Shown here: one piece after another, positions 23,945-34,480 of the stretch | Numbering within the stretch: position 1 is the first letter of the stretch | How the letters are laid out: each line of letters begins with the position of its first letter | Assembly (NCBI RefSeq): GCF_000981445.1 | Contig: NC_027218.1 | Coordinates: 1,178,001 to 1,242,000, forward strand | DNA from: Babesia bigemina | Lineage: Eukaryota | Length of the DNA stretch: 64,000 bases | Reading direction: 5' to 3' | Translations under genes and position numbers: made by a program | Notes under the pieces: generated by a model | The model's input: the letters and a program-made list of their open reading frames with translations, nothing else | Told to the model about the DNA's origin: nothing | Databases searched by the model: none

Positions 23945-25076
23945 TTATTATTGTGTTCTCTCATTTTATAGGTGCTATCTGGCTAGGTGCCTAGGGCCGT
24001 TTTACGGTTTCACGTTGGTAGTGCCTAATCCCGTTAGTGTTTACTGCGGGCTCCAAGTCGTGCTGCTTCCGATCGCAACTGGTGCCATCCATGCGGGCAT
24101 CCATCCCTTCTGGGCGCCAGGGTCAATAACAGAGTGGTGATCATGTTGAGCCACCATTTCGCCCATCAGATGGGCTAACACCTTCAAAATATCATCTGGC
24201 GTATCTATCCCCCTTTGGGCTCCTTCACTACGTCTTCACACCTCCTCTTGTATGTCTAAGAATCGAATCGGTGATATGGGTTTGTAACCCCGGCTTCCAC
24301 GATGGTCGTCGCACTCCGCTTCCTATTCTTAGGGAAGTCAGACGGGTAATGCTCGTCGGCTTTCTCCGTGTTTCGCCTCTTGTCATACGCTCTCCATTGT
24401 TACCGTAGTCATTCCCCTACTCCTCACTACCGTTCTGCCAGTATGGTCTTTTGCAGTTCATTTAATCTTCACTGTAACACTCCGCATACTCCACCCTGAT
24501 GTCACATTTGCAGACATCTCGCATAGAAGACTCCTTTCCTTTTGACAGCAGCAAAGAGTCATGTTACCAGGAGCTCGTTCGCCTCGTATTTACAACATGA
24601 TCCTATTCAGATGATGTTACTCCATTATTCAATTTAAGGTTTCGTGAATGTATCCTCTTTTGTATTACTGCAGTATAGCAGGAGTGGGGCGTGCTAGTAA
24701 TTGCGCAGAGGCAGTATAGAATTTGATCCGAATATTACCACGCAGCCTGCATCACGTCTAGCTGTTTCTTAAGGAAGTTGAACATCGGAACGCAGTTAGG
24801 AGGTCTGACGTCACCTCCGAAGTGGACTAGAATTTCGAGCTGTCTGGGTGCTGGTAGTTGCAATTAGGTGAGCGAGGCGGCTGCTAGTTTTGTCGTGAAT
24901 TTCAAATGCGCCATCAATCGGGTAGATGCTTAAGTAATGTAGTTTCGGGCGCCGATACAAGTGTATGTAAACTGTCCAGTGCTTATCGCATGTTTGCAGG
25001 AGTCAAGTATCTGCAGCCTCTAATTGTTGGTGGGCATATTGAGGTTGCGCATACATTAAACGTTCGCTTGTGATCA
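23945..25076 (+). repeat. Conserved ves upstream element, copy 2
   Basis: Reverse-complement colinear with 4288-5434 and 40997-42131, and abuts the ves ATG. Confidence 0.9.
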
Positions 25077-28000
25077 ATGGCGCCACATTTCAAGAAGCTT
25101 ACGGACTGCCCGGAAAATCTCCGGGAGGCCATTGACTGGTTGATCCAAGTCAGGCGTGGTAATGGCGAGAATGGTGAGGGTCTTGACCAGCTGGTCAAGG
25201 CTTTGAAAAAGTTGGTTGATGAGGCTATTGAGAAGGCTTACACCACTAATGTCGATGCGCTCCTCAAACTTCTCAATTCTGCCAAGTCTTACAACTGTTG
25301 TAAGGAGAAAGTGGCCAAAATTGAGGAACTTAAGGACCCTAAACTATCAACTGATGAGTCTCTTAATACCGTTTTACAGCATGTGAAAGACCTCAATGAC
25401 TGCTCTAAAAATCACCTTGAATCTTCCCAACAAAAATCCTATGAGGACATTCAATCCAGGTTGGATCATCTTAAAAATCTTAATGAGAGTCTTAATGGAT
25501 TCACTAATGTAGATAGTTGCAAACAGCTTCTAACAAATTTATGTTCCGGCCTCGAGACATTCCTAGGCTTCGACCCAAAATCCAAAGGCTACACGGGCGA
25601 AGGCATTGTCTACTCCGACCTTGATAGGTTGTGTGACGGGGTGATGGGATTTTTCCACGGGGTGCTTAATGCAGTGAAAGATGATCCGAGCGTTACTACG
25701 TACTATAATAAGATGGAAACAACGCTCAAAAAAATTAAGGAAAGTATGTACACTCCTGACGGATTGTCTAAGGCCGCTGAGGCTGTGAGCCAGGCGCTGG
25801 GGGAGTGGGATGTGGAGCTTAGGAGCAGGGCAAAAAATGTTAGTGATGCTTTTAAGACACTTATAACACATAGGTTTGATGCCTTTAGCGGTGCGCTTCA
25901 GAATCTTAAAGCAATTGCATATGATGATCAGTTTCAGCATATCGGAGCCAAGCTATCAAACTGTATTGGCACCGCCGGCGAAATGTCTAAAGCGTTTGAT
26001 GCCGCAAAATTAGCGTATTCTAATCTTGATCACGAGCTTCGTAGGAAGCTTCAGGGCGCAATTGGTAGAGCGGAGGTGCAAGTTCGGGCGTTCATTGTAG
26101 CAGCCAGCAATGACGAACTTAAGGCGGTGGTGGAGTGCAGTGAGTATCAATTGAAGGAGCTGGGAGATGAGATACATACGAAAGCAGAACTACTTGTGGG
26201 TCAAATGTCCACGAACATTAATACACATTTTGAAGCAAATATTAAGAAACCTTTAAATGATGTGAATGAGAAGTTATCTATGGTTCATAGAGATTTGGGG
26301 AAGTGGGTAGAGGCGGCTGAAAAGTTTATTAAAATTATTGAGCAGCAGGTAACTGCAATTATAAAAGAAGTTGGACTAGTTAAAGGAAAGCCGCACGAAA
26401 TTAGTGGCGCGGCCAAGGTAATTAGTATGAAAGCAGGAGAGCTGCATACAAAATTTGAAGAGTTAAAAAAGAATTATGATGAGGTTATTACAACAATTAA
26501 GGGAAAAAAGGGAGATGGTGACGAAAAAGAGTGCGTGATGTATTTGCTTAACAATGCTACAACAAAGGTAACAGCGCCAACTAATATTGCTCCGTATAGA
26601 CAGAAAAACGGTGGTTGGGCTCTATCAGCTCAGATTGAAGGTCTGATCGAAAAAATGAAGAAGAACGCTCAGGAGTTTGTTGGCACGCTGGCAGAGTCTC
26701 TAAGCGAAGGTGTCGAACAGGCTTTAGGCACTGGCCAGACTCCCGGTCTTGATGCTTTAAAACGTAGTAAATTGGGACTTATGAAGGAAATTGGGAAGTG
26801 GATTCAACAGGCCACCGGAGAATTTGCAGACAGCATCCTCGGTGCCGACTTAGAAAGGTTCTTAACCAATCTCAGAGTAGCGAGAGAGGGATGGAAAGGA
26901 AAACCCCCTGCAGCCTCCGCTTCATCAATGTACGATAAAATACTACAAGGTTGCAAAGAAGAGATCGGCAATACGGTCACCGATATAGATACTGAACTTT
27001 TAGCACTCCTACAGGCTGCGGCCACTAGCGGTGCGACGAATCTTCATAATGAGGTTAAAATAATTGTTAATGACAAACTTAAGAATATTAAGAATGAAGC
27101 ATCTGAACTTCTTAAAGCCGCCAAATCAGCGGAATCTATAATAATAGAGAGCGCCGGTGTGGTCGAAAACAACCTTAAACAACTCTGTAAAAAAATCGAG
27201 GAACTTGCCGGTAATGGGCTTGAAGACAGGGGTCTCAAGCAGAAACTTGTGAGTTTGAAGGAAATAGTGATGAATACACTACACAGTGAGGCTAGTTATT
27301 CCCTCAACGGCATTCTAACGCGTATTAAAGGTATTATCAACAGTAATACAGAAGGCAATTTACAAGCCATAGTCTCACACGTTGAAGCTTTCAAGACCGC
27401 TATTATCGATAAGGAAGTGCAAGATTTCAACAGTAACATCCAAGCCTTAGTCTCCAACAAAGTCAGTGACGCAACCAAGGAGATTCAGAAGAAGGCCAAA
27501 GACCAATATCACACCAAGATTAGCACAATGTTTAATACTATGAAAACCAAAGTGGAATACAATATTTTGGAGATCAATGATATCATAGAGGACGATTCGG
27601 AGAGTGGAGTTAAAGGCTTACTTCGCAAATTGTATGACAAACAAGGCGGAAGACTGGCTTCTCTAAAGCATCCTAAAGAACGGCAGATCAAATCTGCGTT
27701 TGCAGAAATGTCGAAAAAAATACAGGACTACCTTGATCGTATATTGTTGTATACTGAGGACCAAGTGATGACCCCGCCCCCGCCTAAGCTGAGGGTTCAG
27801 AAAACACCAACCGAACAATCAGAACAGGTAAAGCTAATAAAGGGGAATCTCGACATTCTGCTTGATGTACTCCAAAAGTCGGACCATTTCGATCATCAAT
27901 TTTCGTATAATTATCAGAAACTCGACACAACACTAAGCGCGCTTCATCCTAAAAAGTACACCACCAAGGATAGTCCAGTGTTGCTTGACACGTTGGCAAA

Positions 28001-30224
28001 AGGGATGAGCGGTTTGACTCGAGAGTTACAGAAGGTATACATTTCCACATATTCTGGTTCGTTCAAATATTTTGTATGGGACCCAGAGTTGGGTAATAAG
28101 TGTGCTAAAATATGTTTAACGTTGATTTCAATTATATACGACGGCCTCAGCAGGTTGCGCAAGGAATGTGAGAGTAAGTCGGGCAGTAAATGGAATCATA
28201 AGCCTATAAATCTGGGTAAAGACAATGGCCTTGGAGCGTTTTTAGGTGGATGTGGTTTCATCGTTTCTTCAGGTACTGACGATCAGAATGGCGAATTGCG
28301 AAACGAGAAGGGTTGCAGAGGTGAGCAAATTTCTGATGTCCTTTTCAAGTATAATCTTGTAAGCGAGTTTGACGAAGACGACACAAATAGAGACAACTAC
28401 AGTACGCTAAAAATCTGTCTAGACTACCTGCACGATTATTACCAAGTGCGTCACCTATCCTCTTTGGAGTCACTTAAGCATCCCTCAACTATATACGAAA
28501 TGCTTTGTTGGCTTAGTGGTCTACCGCATAATCTCACATACAAGGATCTTAAGACATACGTTAAAAACATTTTCCAAGTGTCTGATAAGCGACATCCATT
28601 CATTGGCGCCTATCCCCATCCATTGTCTTCCAAGAACATACTGGATCTGCTGAAGCATAGTTGTTCGGAATCGCACGCCATAATAGTCGCAATTCTCGGC
28701 AACGGTCACGTTGGTGGCATCTATGCTTGCGATTTTTACACCAACGAAAGTGGTCTACTATATCCCACCGATATGAATAGTTTAATATGTATGCTGCATG
28801 ACATTCTAAACCGTCTTTATTTCCAGCTCTATTTCTTATACCAGCAATGTGAATACGACACTTCTCTGAGTGGTTGGCTTGATTGCGAATATGGCCGAGG
28901 CGTAGGTGGCTCAGGTTGGCGGTGCAACGTCGACCAATGTGCCAACCAAGCGTGCAACCAGAAGGGTGGGCAAAGGGCTAACCAAAATGATTACCAAAAG
29001 GCTGACCAACGATGTCAAGAGCACCCTAAGTGTGGTGTTAAATCGCCATTGCAGTCGTTCCTCGAAGATGGTTTGCAAGGGTTTCTACCGCATCATCTGA
29101 AATCAGAAAGAGGAAAACTGGAGTGCTCACTCAAGAGTCACTCTGGCTTACCATGCATTACTCCGATGGGTTTCTCAGGCATCAGTCAGATGGCATCGCA
29201 CAGGGATACGGGCCAACGTATTCTTGATGCGCTTGGCGGTTACTGCGGACATCAGTCATCTCCCCTCACGAAGTTATGTAGCCGATTTAATTGCCTCCTT
29301 CCTAGTGTACCTAAAACTCTCGGTGACCTTTTGGCGTTTTACCATCAGTTCCTTATTAATTGGAGCGGTGAACATAAGAAAACCGCATTTAACGATTGCG
29401 TCACTTCAGCTAATCTCGGCCGTGAGTATGGTGCCATGAACGAATGCGCCATGCTGTTTGAATCAACGGATCATTCGACTTCTCATAATTTGGGCGACTT
29501 CAATTCGTTATTAACCGTCGACAATGCGTGTTATGTTAGTAACGGCAAATGTGGCGCATATCTTGATTCCTTGAGCTATGAGATATGTGGTACGTTTAGC
29601 AAACGTAATGCGGCCTTGTATCTCTCCTGGATGGTATATTTAACAGAGACATTGTATGATCTATTTTATAAATTGTTGAAGGAATGTGAAAAAAACTGTG
29701 GTAGCGGTGAATCCAAGTGCCAAATCACCGGATGTGATAAGAACTATTGTTTCGCATTCAAACCACAAATAGGGCAGGAAATCGGTCAAATGCATACTCA
29801 ACTTTGCAACTCCATGCTCTCCTGCAGCATGACATTTCCAACATTATATTCCTTCGGATTAGTATTTGGCGGAAGACGCCAATTATCCGGTCGTAATCAC
29901 AACAATTATATAATAAAACGTTCTTGCAAAGATTTAGTTCAGCAACTACAGATAGTACTTAATGAGCGAAGTATATTATCCAAAATATTACACGACACTA
30001 TTCCCAACTTCCTCTGGACCATTCGACAACCCTTCTCCTACCTCATCCTCACCTGGTGGTCACTGTCTCTACTCTACCTATTCTACGTCCTCCTCGGACG
30101 CCTCGACACGCTCCATATCAAATCGCACTTGCGTTCACCCTCATCACATCGCATCGCTGCTCAATCACTACTCGCCGCGGCACGTGTCAACAAACTTGCC
30201 AAGATCACCTACCTGCAACCTTGA
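25077..30224 (+). CDS. ves1: VESA1/ves1-like variant surface antigen (1715 aa, single exon)
   Basis: N-term LTDCPENLREAIDW, GIVYSDLDRL, coiled-coil middle, Cys-rich region with SPLQSFLED, TM helix and tail HLRSPSSHRIAAQSLLAAARV. Confidence 0.92.
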   Translation: MAPHFKKLTDCPENLREAIDWLIQVRRGNGENGEGLDQLVKALKKLVDEAIEKAYTTNVDALLKLLNSAKSYNCCKEKVAKIEELKDPKLSTDESLNTVLQHVKDLNDCSKNHLESSQQKSYEDIQSRLDHLKNLNESLNGFTNVDSCKQLLTNLCSGLETFLGFDPKSKGYTGEGIVYSDLDRLCDGVMGFFHGVLNAVKDDPSVTTYYNKMETTLKKIKESMYTPDGLSKAAEAVSQALGEWDVELRSRAKNVSDAFKTLITHRFDAFSGALQNLKAIAYDDQFQHIGAKLSNCIGTAGEMSKAFDAAKLAYSNLDHELRRKLQGAIGRAEVQVRAFIVAASNDELKAVVECSEYQLKELGDEIHTKAELLVGQMSTNINTHFEANIKKPLNDVNEKLSMVHRDLGKWVEAAEKFIKIIEQQVTAIIKEVGLVKGKPHEISGAAKVISMKAGELHTKFEELKKNYDEVITTIKGKKGDGDEKECVMYLLNNATTKVTAPTNIAPYRQKNGGWALSAQIEGLIEKMKKNAQEFVGTLAESLSEGVEQALGTGQTPGLDALKRSKLGLMKEIGKWIQQATGEFADSILGADLERFLTNLRVAREGWKGKPPAASASSMYDKILQGCKEEIGNTVTDIDTELLALLQAAATSGATNLHNEVKIIVNDKLKNIKNEASELLKAAKSAESIIIESAGVVENNLKQLCKKIEELAGNGLEDRGLKQKLVSLKEIVMNTLHSEASYSLNGILTRIKGIINSNTEGNLQAIVSHVEAFKTAIIDKEVQDFNSNIQALVSNKVSDATKEIQKKAKDQYHTKISTMFNTMKTKVEYNILEINDIIEDDSESGVKGLLRKLYDKQGGRLASLKHPKERQIKSAFAEMSKKIQDYLDRILLYTEDQVMTPPPPKLRVQKTPTEQSEQVKLIKGNLDILLDVLQKSDHFDHQFSYNYQKLDTTLSALHPKKYTTKDSPVLLDTLAKGMSGLTRELQKVYISTYSGSFKYFVWDPELGNKCAKICLTLISIIYDGLSRLRKECESKSGSKWNHKPINLGKDNGLGAFLGGCGFIVSSGTDDQNGELRNEKGCRGEQISDVLFKYNLVSEFDEDDTNRDNYSTLKICLDYLHDYYQVRHLSSLESLKHPSTIYEMLCWLSGLPHNLTYKDLKTYVKNIFQVSDKRHPFIGAYPHPLSSKNILDLLKHSCSESHAIIVAILGNGHVGGIYACDFYTNESGLLYPTDMNSLICMLHDILNRLYFQLYFLYQQCEYDTSLSGWLDCEYGRGVGGSGWRCNVDQCANQACNQKGGQRANQNDYQKADQRCQEHPKCGVKSPLQSFLEDGLQGFLPHHLKSERGKLECSLKSHSGLPCITPMGFSGISQMASHRDTGQRILDALGGYCGHQSSPLTKLCSRFNCLLPSVPKTLGDLLAFYHQFLINWSGEHKKTAFNDCVTSANLGREYGAMNECAMLFESTDHSTSHNLGDFNSLLTVDNACYVSNGKCGAYLDSLSYEICGTFSKRNAALYLSWMVYLTETLYDLFYKLLKECEKNCGSGESKCQITGCDKNYCFAFKPQIGQEIGQMHTQLCNSMLSCSMTFPTLYSFGLVFGGRRQLSGRNHNNYIIKRSCKDLVQQLQIVLNERSILSKILHDTIPNFLWTIRQPFSYLILTWWSLSLLYLFYVLLGRLDTLHIKSHLRSPSSHRIAAQSLLAAARVNKLAKITYLQP

Positions 30225-30279
30225 TAGACCACCTCACCACCACTCACCTAACCCACTACCTAGCAACCCACCGCCTAAC
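30117..30279 (+). repeat. 163-bp perfect inverted repeat arm (partner 35305-35467)
   Basis: Base-by-base reverse-complement identity spanning the ves cytoplasmic tail, stop codon and proximal 3' flank. Confidence 0.9.
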
Positions 30280-31034
30280 CTAATACTCACCCAAATATAT
30301 TACCTAATGCCTAGTCAGTAATTTGTCAGTATATGTCGTTCATGCATTGATAGGTTCGTGGTTTGGGATGTCGAGTTGCCAGCCACCGCTAAAACGTGCC
30401 AACGTTCTCCCATGGTTTCAGTGGGCAGCGATCTTGGGTGATTGGCCACCAACGTACGCTGCTAAATCGTGCTGTAATAAGTGAAAGCGAGTCGTAGTCA
30501 ACGTGATGGTTTGGAACGTTAGCTATTATCGACACTTTCTACGAAGTGAACGTCGCCGGAGGTGCCCGACGTGTTGGCCAGTGGACAGCGTAGCTATGTG
30601 ACAGTGATGGTAGCAGCGTAGATGCGAAGCACATTAATCAAGTGGTGTCGCTCAGTTAGGCACTTATCATGACACAAAGGTTGTGCCATTTATAAATGGT
30701 GATGGCAACCTCCGTCTGTGATTGATTGAGTTGACTCAACGACTGGCACCGGTTGACCTGCATGCCATGGTCAGGATATCTCTCACATGCGTTAACTTAG
30801 CTGTATTTCTGTTCTGATATCTGCATAGATGTGATGTGATTGGCGGTTGTATGGTTCGTTGGGGCCCAGATGGGAGACTATCAGTGTCCCTGCTGAGGTG
30901 CGTGTTCATGAGTGACTGATGTGTCTGCAGGCTGAGTGGACTGGGAGCGGCAGTGGTACGGGTTGCAGTTGGTGAGTGCTGCTTAGGTGATTGATATGTT
31001 TGCAGGTTGAGGAGAACGGGAGGGGAGCGGGAAG
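30225..31034 (+). repeat. Conserved spacer between ves and the Cys-rich gene, copy 1
   Basis: Colinear with the reverse complement of 34481-35359. Contains two short intron-like segments (30898-30930, 30972-31005). Confidence 0.85.
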
Positions 31035-31502
31035 ATGTCGGGGGGTATATTTGACTGTAGGTGTGGCAAACAATGTACTAAGACTAAGTGTTTCTGTTGC
31101 CCACATTGCTGTGGAGGGTGTAATAGAACAAGGTGTCTGTACTGTATGGAATTTTACACTACGCGAACTAGTGGATTCGGGAATTGCGATGATGTGCAAT
31201 GTAAACATTGTAACCATCACACATGTCCGTGTCAGTGTTGCGAAGACAAACGTAATGCCGCTAAGCGTGCCCAGCTATCTACCCGTCAAGAGCTGTCTTC
31301 TTCCTCCAGTACCTTCCAAGGTCCTGCATCCCCCTCTCAACCCCGTGTAGAGCAGCGCACCGGTCGACCACCTACCACCGATTCCCCCAACGTCCTCCCT
31401 TACATCATCGCCGCCGTCGCCCTCATCATCGTCGTCATCTGCGTCATGATCTACTTCCGCATCCGGCCGTTCCACAGGGTGCGGTATCTACTGCGCAGCT
31501 GA
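31035..31502 (+). CDS. Small Cys-rich single-TM protein, family member B (155 aa)
   Basis: CxCCxxCCxxC...CxxC and CxCxCC motifs, S/P linker, TM helix (YIIAAVALIIVVICVMIYF) and short basic tail. Confidence 0.75.
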   Translation: MSGGIFDCRCGKQCTKTKCFCCPHCCGGCNRTRCLYCMEFYTTRTSGFGNCDDVQCKHCNHHTCPCQCCEDKRNAAKRAQLSTRQELSSSSSTFQGPASPSQPRVEQRTGRPPTTDSPNVLPYIIAAVALIIVVICVMIYFRIRPFHRVRYLLRS

Positions 31503-32777
31503 TCACAATAACCTAACTGGCAACTGACATCCAATGTTCTAGACAGAGTAATGATTGCGTTGACGATCAATCACATGAGCAGTGAAGTGACTATCTCCCC
31601 CCTCCCTACTCCGTCATCGTTGCCATCATTTTCATATTGACCTACGCTTTGTGGCTTATGCATCGTAAACATGCGCGGACAACTATGCTTGCAATAAGGA
31701 GTTTGAGAACGGCTGCGAAACCTGCGCCTAACGCACCGCCTAGCTTTCTGCTCTCGTATAGCCTCACCTAACCGGCGAGATTTTATTTAATGGGCATTCG
31801 CTGAAATGGCGCCTTGCTAGTTAATCTGTTGGGGTTGTCGACCTCATGTTGTGAGCAAAGTGGAACTGATCCTATGGTAATCCGTGCCGTCACCTGATGA
31901 GTGATGCACCATGTGACGTGACGGGCCATATGTTAGGTTAGCAAGCGGCATGTGAGTGAGACAGTGCTGTATACTGACGTGATTGGTGGCAGCGTTGTGG
32001 CCATCGGATACAGTAAGCATGCAATTTAGGTAAGCTGGTCAGATATCAGAATAAGCAGGATGGAACAAGGCAGATGTTAGAGAGACCTGGCACTTCTCGT
32101 TGACAATACATTGTTAGTCGCTATAGTGATAAATCACGGTCAAGAAATGTCTTATGAATGCATGCGGGAGGGTACGTCCATGATATGTCAGCGTTGTGAG
32201 GTCTAGATTTACGGTTGCCCCAGCAAAAGGCGTATGGCATGGTAGGGGCATTGTGTATCGTCGGTTGATGAAAGTGTTAAAGTGTTGAGGTAGGTTGTTC
32301 ATTGCTGTGCAGGGGGGTTGTAGAGTGAGATACGAGGAAGATGTCGTATGAATGGAAACCGCAAGACTATGCAGGCGTTATTGCCTTTCCCTTTCTACTG
32401 ATAGCCCTCCTTGTCTTGGTCCTTTACATCATGGGTAAAGTTTATAACGTAAGCCTTGGCGAAATATTCGGCCAAATACGTGATGGATTCCGTGATACCA
32501 AGCCTAAACTCCAGTAATATTATAGCATCACCTATTCCACATAGCCCTACTGTAGCCAGGTAACCTCTGATGTCAATGTGATGACTTCCAATAGCTGACA
32601 CATTTGTTCCACATGTAGTTACATAAAGCCTGTTGTATAACCAGTGGTATTGCGATGCGGTAATTGCAGCTTCGTAGTTCTTGCTGGGTACCATGATAGT
32701 GCAGATCATACTCTAACACGCGTAAACACCACTGCCGTACTACGCATATTATGATCCACAACCAAGTATTGCAATAC

Positions 32778-33680
32778 TTACCATTTCGTGCCGAGCAGCG
32801 CATCATACTCCTCTCCGCCGCAGCTGGGAGTGAGGATGGTGGAAAGGGTACTGCCCAGTTGTGATTCCTTAGGCAAATCCTCTTTCTTAAATCCCATCCG
32901 GATCCTGCTCTTGAGGCACAGGTTGCACGGGTCGAAGAGGTGAGTCTTGAATGGGCAGTCCCAGCCGTCGGTCAGGAACGCCTGGAGGGGGGACTTGGAA
33001 GCAGTGATGTCACTGCCGTAGTGGCAATGCTGCCAACCACCATGTAACTTATCTCTATTACACTGCGCCTTCAAGAACTCCAACTGGTAGTGGCAGGCGT
33101 AGGCGTAGTCTCGCAGCTGGCAGAGGAGAGCGCAGCAATCAGGCTCCTCGGATGACTTAGGCTTCACAGTTCTTGATGGCACGTTTGCCTTCCAGTTAGG
33201 CGCGATGGCGGTGAGCACTGAAGTAGCAAACATGACGGTAAGCTGGAGTATGTCGAATACATCTTTGGGTCTGATGTTGGTGTGGTTGATGGAGAGTGCA
33301 AGCTGTGAAGGGGCACTACGCTGGCCACTATATGCCCTGTTAATACACTTCTCTAGTGTCCCATGATGCTTTTCATTCTTAAGCCCTGCCAGCCACTGAA
33401 GCATATCCCGGACAGTGCGCGGTGCCGTGGCAGGGAACAGCTCCGTCTCGGGGATGTCGGTGGAGCCATTCGTGGGTGTTGAGGTAGCCCAGGAAGAAAT
33501 GCACAGTCCAATGTCTGGGCGCTTGATTGTGTTTTCATCGAAGTCTTCGGGAATTGAATGCGGCGCAGCGTCAAACGGTTCTATGTTGAGATCGATGGCG
33601 GAAGTGGGCGGGCTTATTACGTCCAGTGGCTGGACGCTTGGGGTGGTGGATGATCGTATTCCAAGTCTATGTCAGACATT
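32778..33680 (-). pseudogene. Truncated internal fragment of a different ves1-like subfamily
   Basis: APRTVRDMLQWLAGL, YQLEFLKAQC, GGWQHCHYG, KSPLQAFLTD and RMGF parallel motifs in the intact ves genes. It lacks the N-terminus, TM and tail, and the frame is closed upstream near 33670. Confidence 0.75.
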
Positions 33681-33708
33681 GAATAATGTATTAAGTTCTG
33701 CATTTATT

Positions 33709-33840
33709 CAGTCACTAACGCAGCCACTTGTGCACTCACTATGTCATGCACTAGGTCAGTCGCTACGTGAGCTGCTAGGTCCGTTGCTTGCTCAGCCCTT
33801 TGGTTAGGTGTTAGGTCACCTCACTGCTCATGTGCTTGGT
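33709..33840. repeat. Degenerate 12-bp tandem array, 11 units (consensus ~CAGNNNCTAGGT)
   Basis: cagtcactaacg/cagccacttgtg/cactcactatgt/catgcactaggt/cagtcgctacgt/gagctgctaggt/... Confidence 0.65.
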
Positions 33841-33943
33841 CATCAGTGCAACCATTACTTTGTCTAGAACATTAGATGTCAGTTGGCAGTTAGGTGATCA
33901 GTGGGATTTGGATTACAATGTTTGCGCTAACAAATTGTTGAGC

Positions 33944-34480
33944 TCAGCTGTAGAACGCGATGCAGAAGGGTATCTTGCGGACGAGGAAATCGCGGATGTT
34001 GCGGCCCACCGGGAAGCGGAAGATGCACAGGTCGAGCAGGATGATGGCGACGATGATGGCAACGATGACGGCGGCGATGGCTTCGGGGTCAGGGCGGAAA
34101 GGTGGAGAATCGTCCTCTTGTATTTGAGCTTCGACACGGAAGGACTCATCTGGACTGGCTTCAGAGTCTTGTGGACCTGGGCGAGAAGGGGGAGCTTGGG
34201 GCTTGCACTTGTCAGCCTGCTCATCACATTTCTGTTTACAGCATTCACATCCACATTTTTTAAAGTCTGGACACTCTTTTGTTTTTTTCTTACATCCCTG
34301 AGGATGGCAGTACATACTATTTCGGTGATTTTCAAAATTTAAGAAACAGTTATCGCAACCTCTGCCAGTCTTACACTTCTCACAACACCACCGACAACAA
34401 TAATAAGACTTAAACGTTAGACATCCATAACCACACTCACCACAAGGAGCGCCAGACCTAAAATACCTCACCCCCGTCAT
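33944..34480 (-). CDS. Small Cys-rich single-TM protein, family member C (178 aa)
   Basis: CCRWCCEKC...CDNC and CGCECCKQKC motifs, P/S/acidic linker, TM and tail LLDLCIF...LVRKIPFCIAFYS. Confidence 0.78.
   Translation of the reverse strand: MTGVRYFRSGAPCGECGYGCLTFKSYYCCRWCCEKCKTGRGCDNCFLNFENHRNSMYCHPQGCKKKTKECPDFKKCGCECCKQKCDEQADKCKPQAPPSRPGPQDSEASPDESFRVEAQIQEDDSPPFRPDPEAIAAVIVAIIVAIILLDLCIFRFPVGRNIRDFLVRKIPFCIAFYS

Noticed and set aside
30240..30300. Interstitial telomere repeat (CCTAACCC-like)
   Set aside because: Only isolated single matches, with no tandem telomeric array.
32395..32806. Short minus-strand ORFs (104 and 77 aa) next to the ves fragment
   Set aside because: No recognisable motif or paralog in the window. 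They could be pseudogene debris but cannot be supported.
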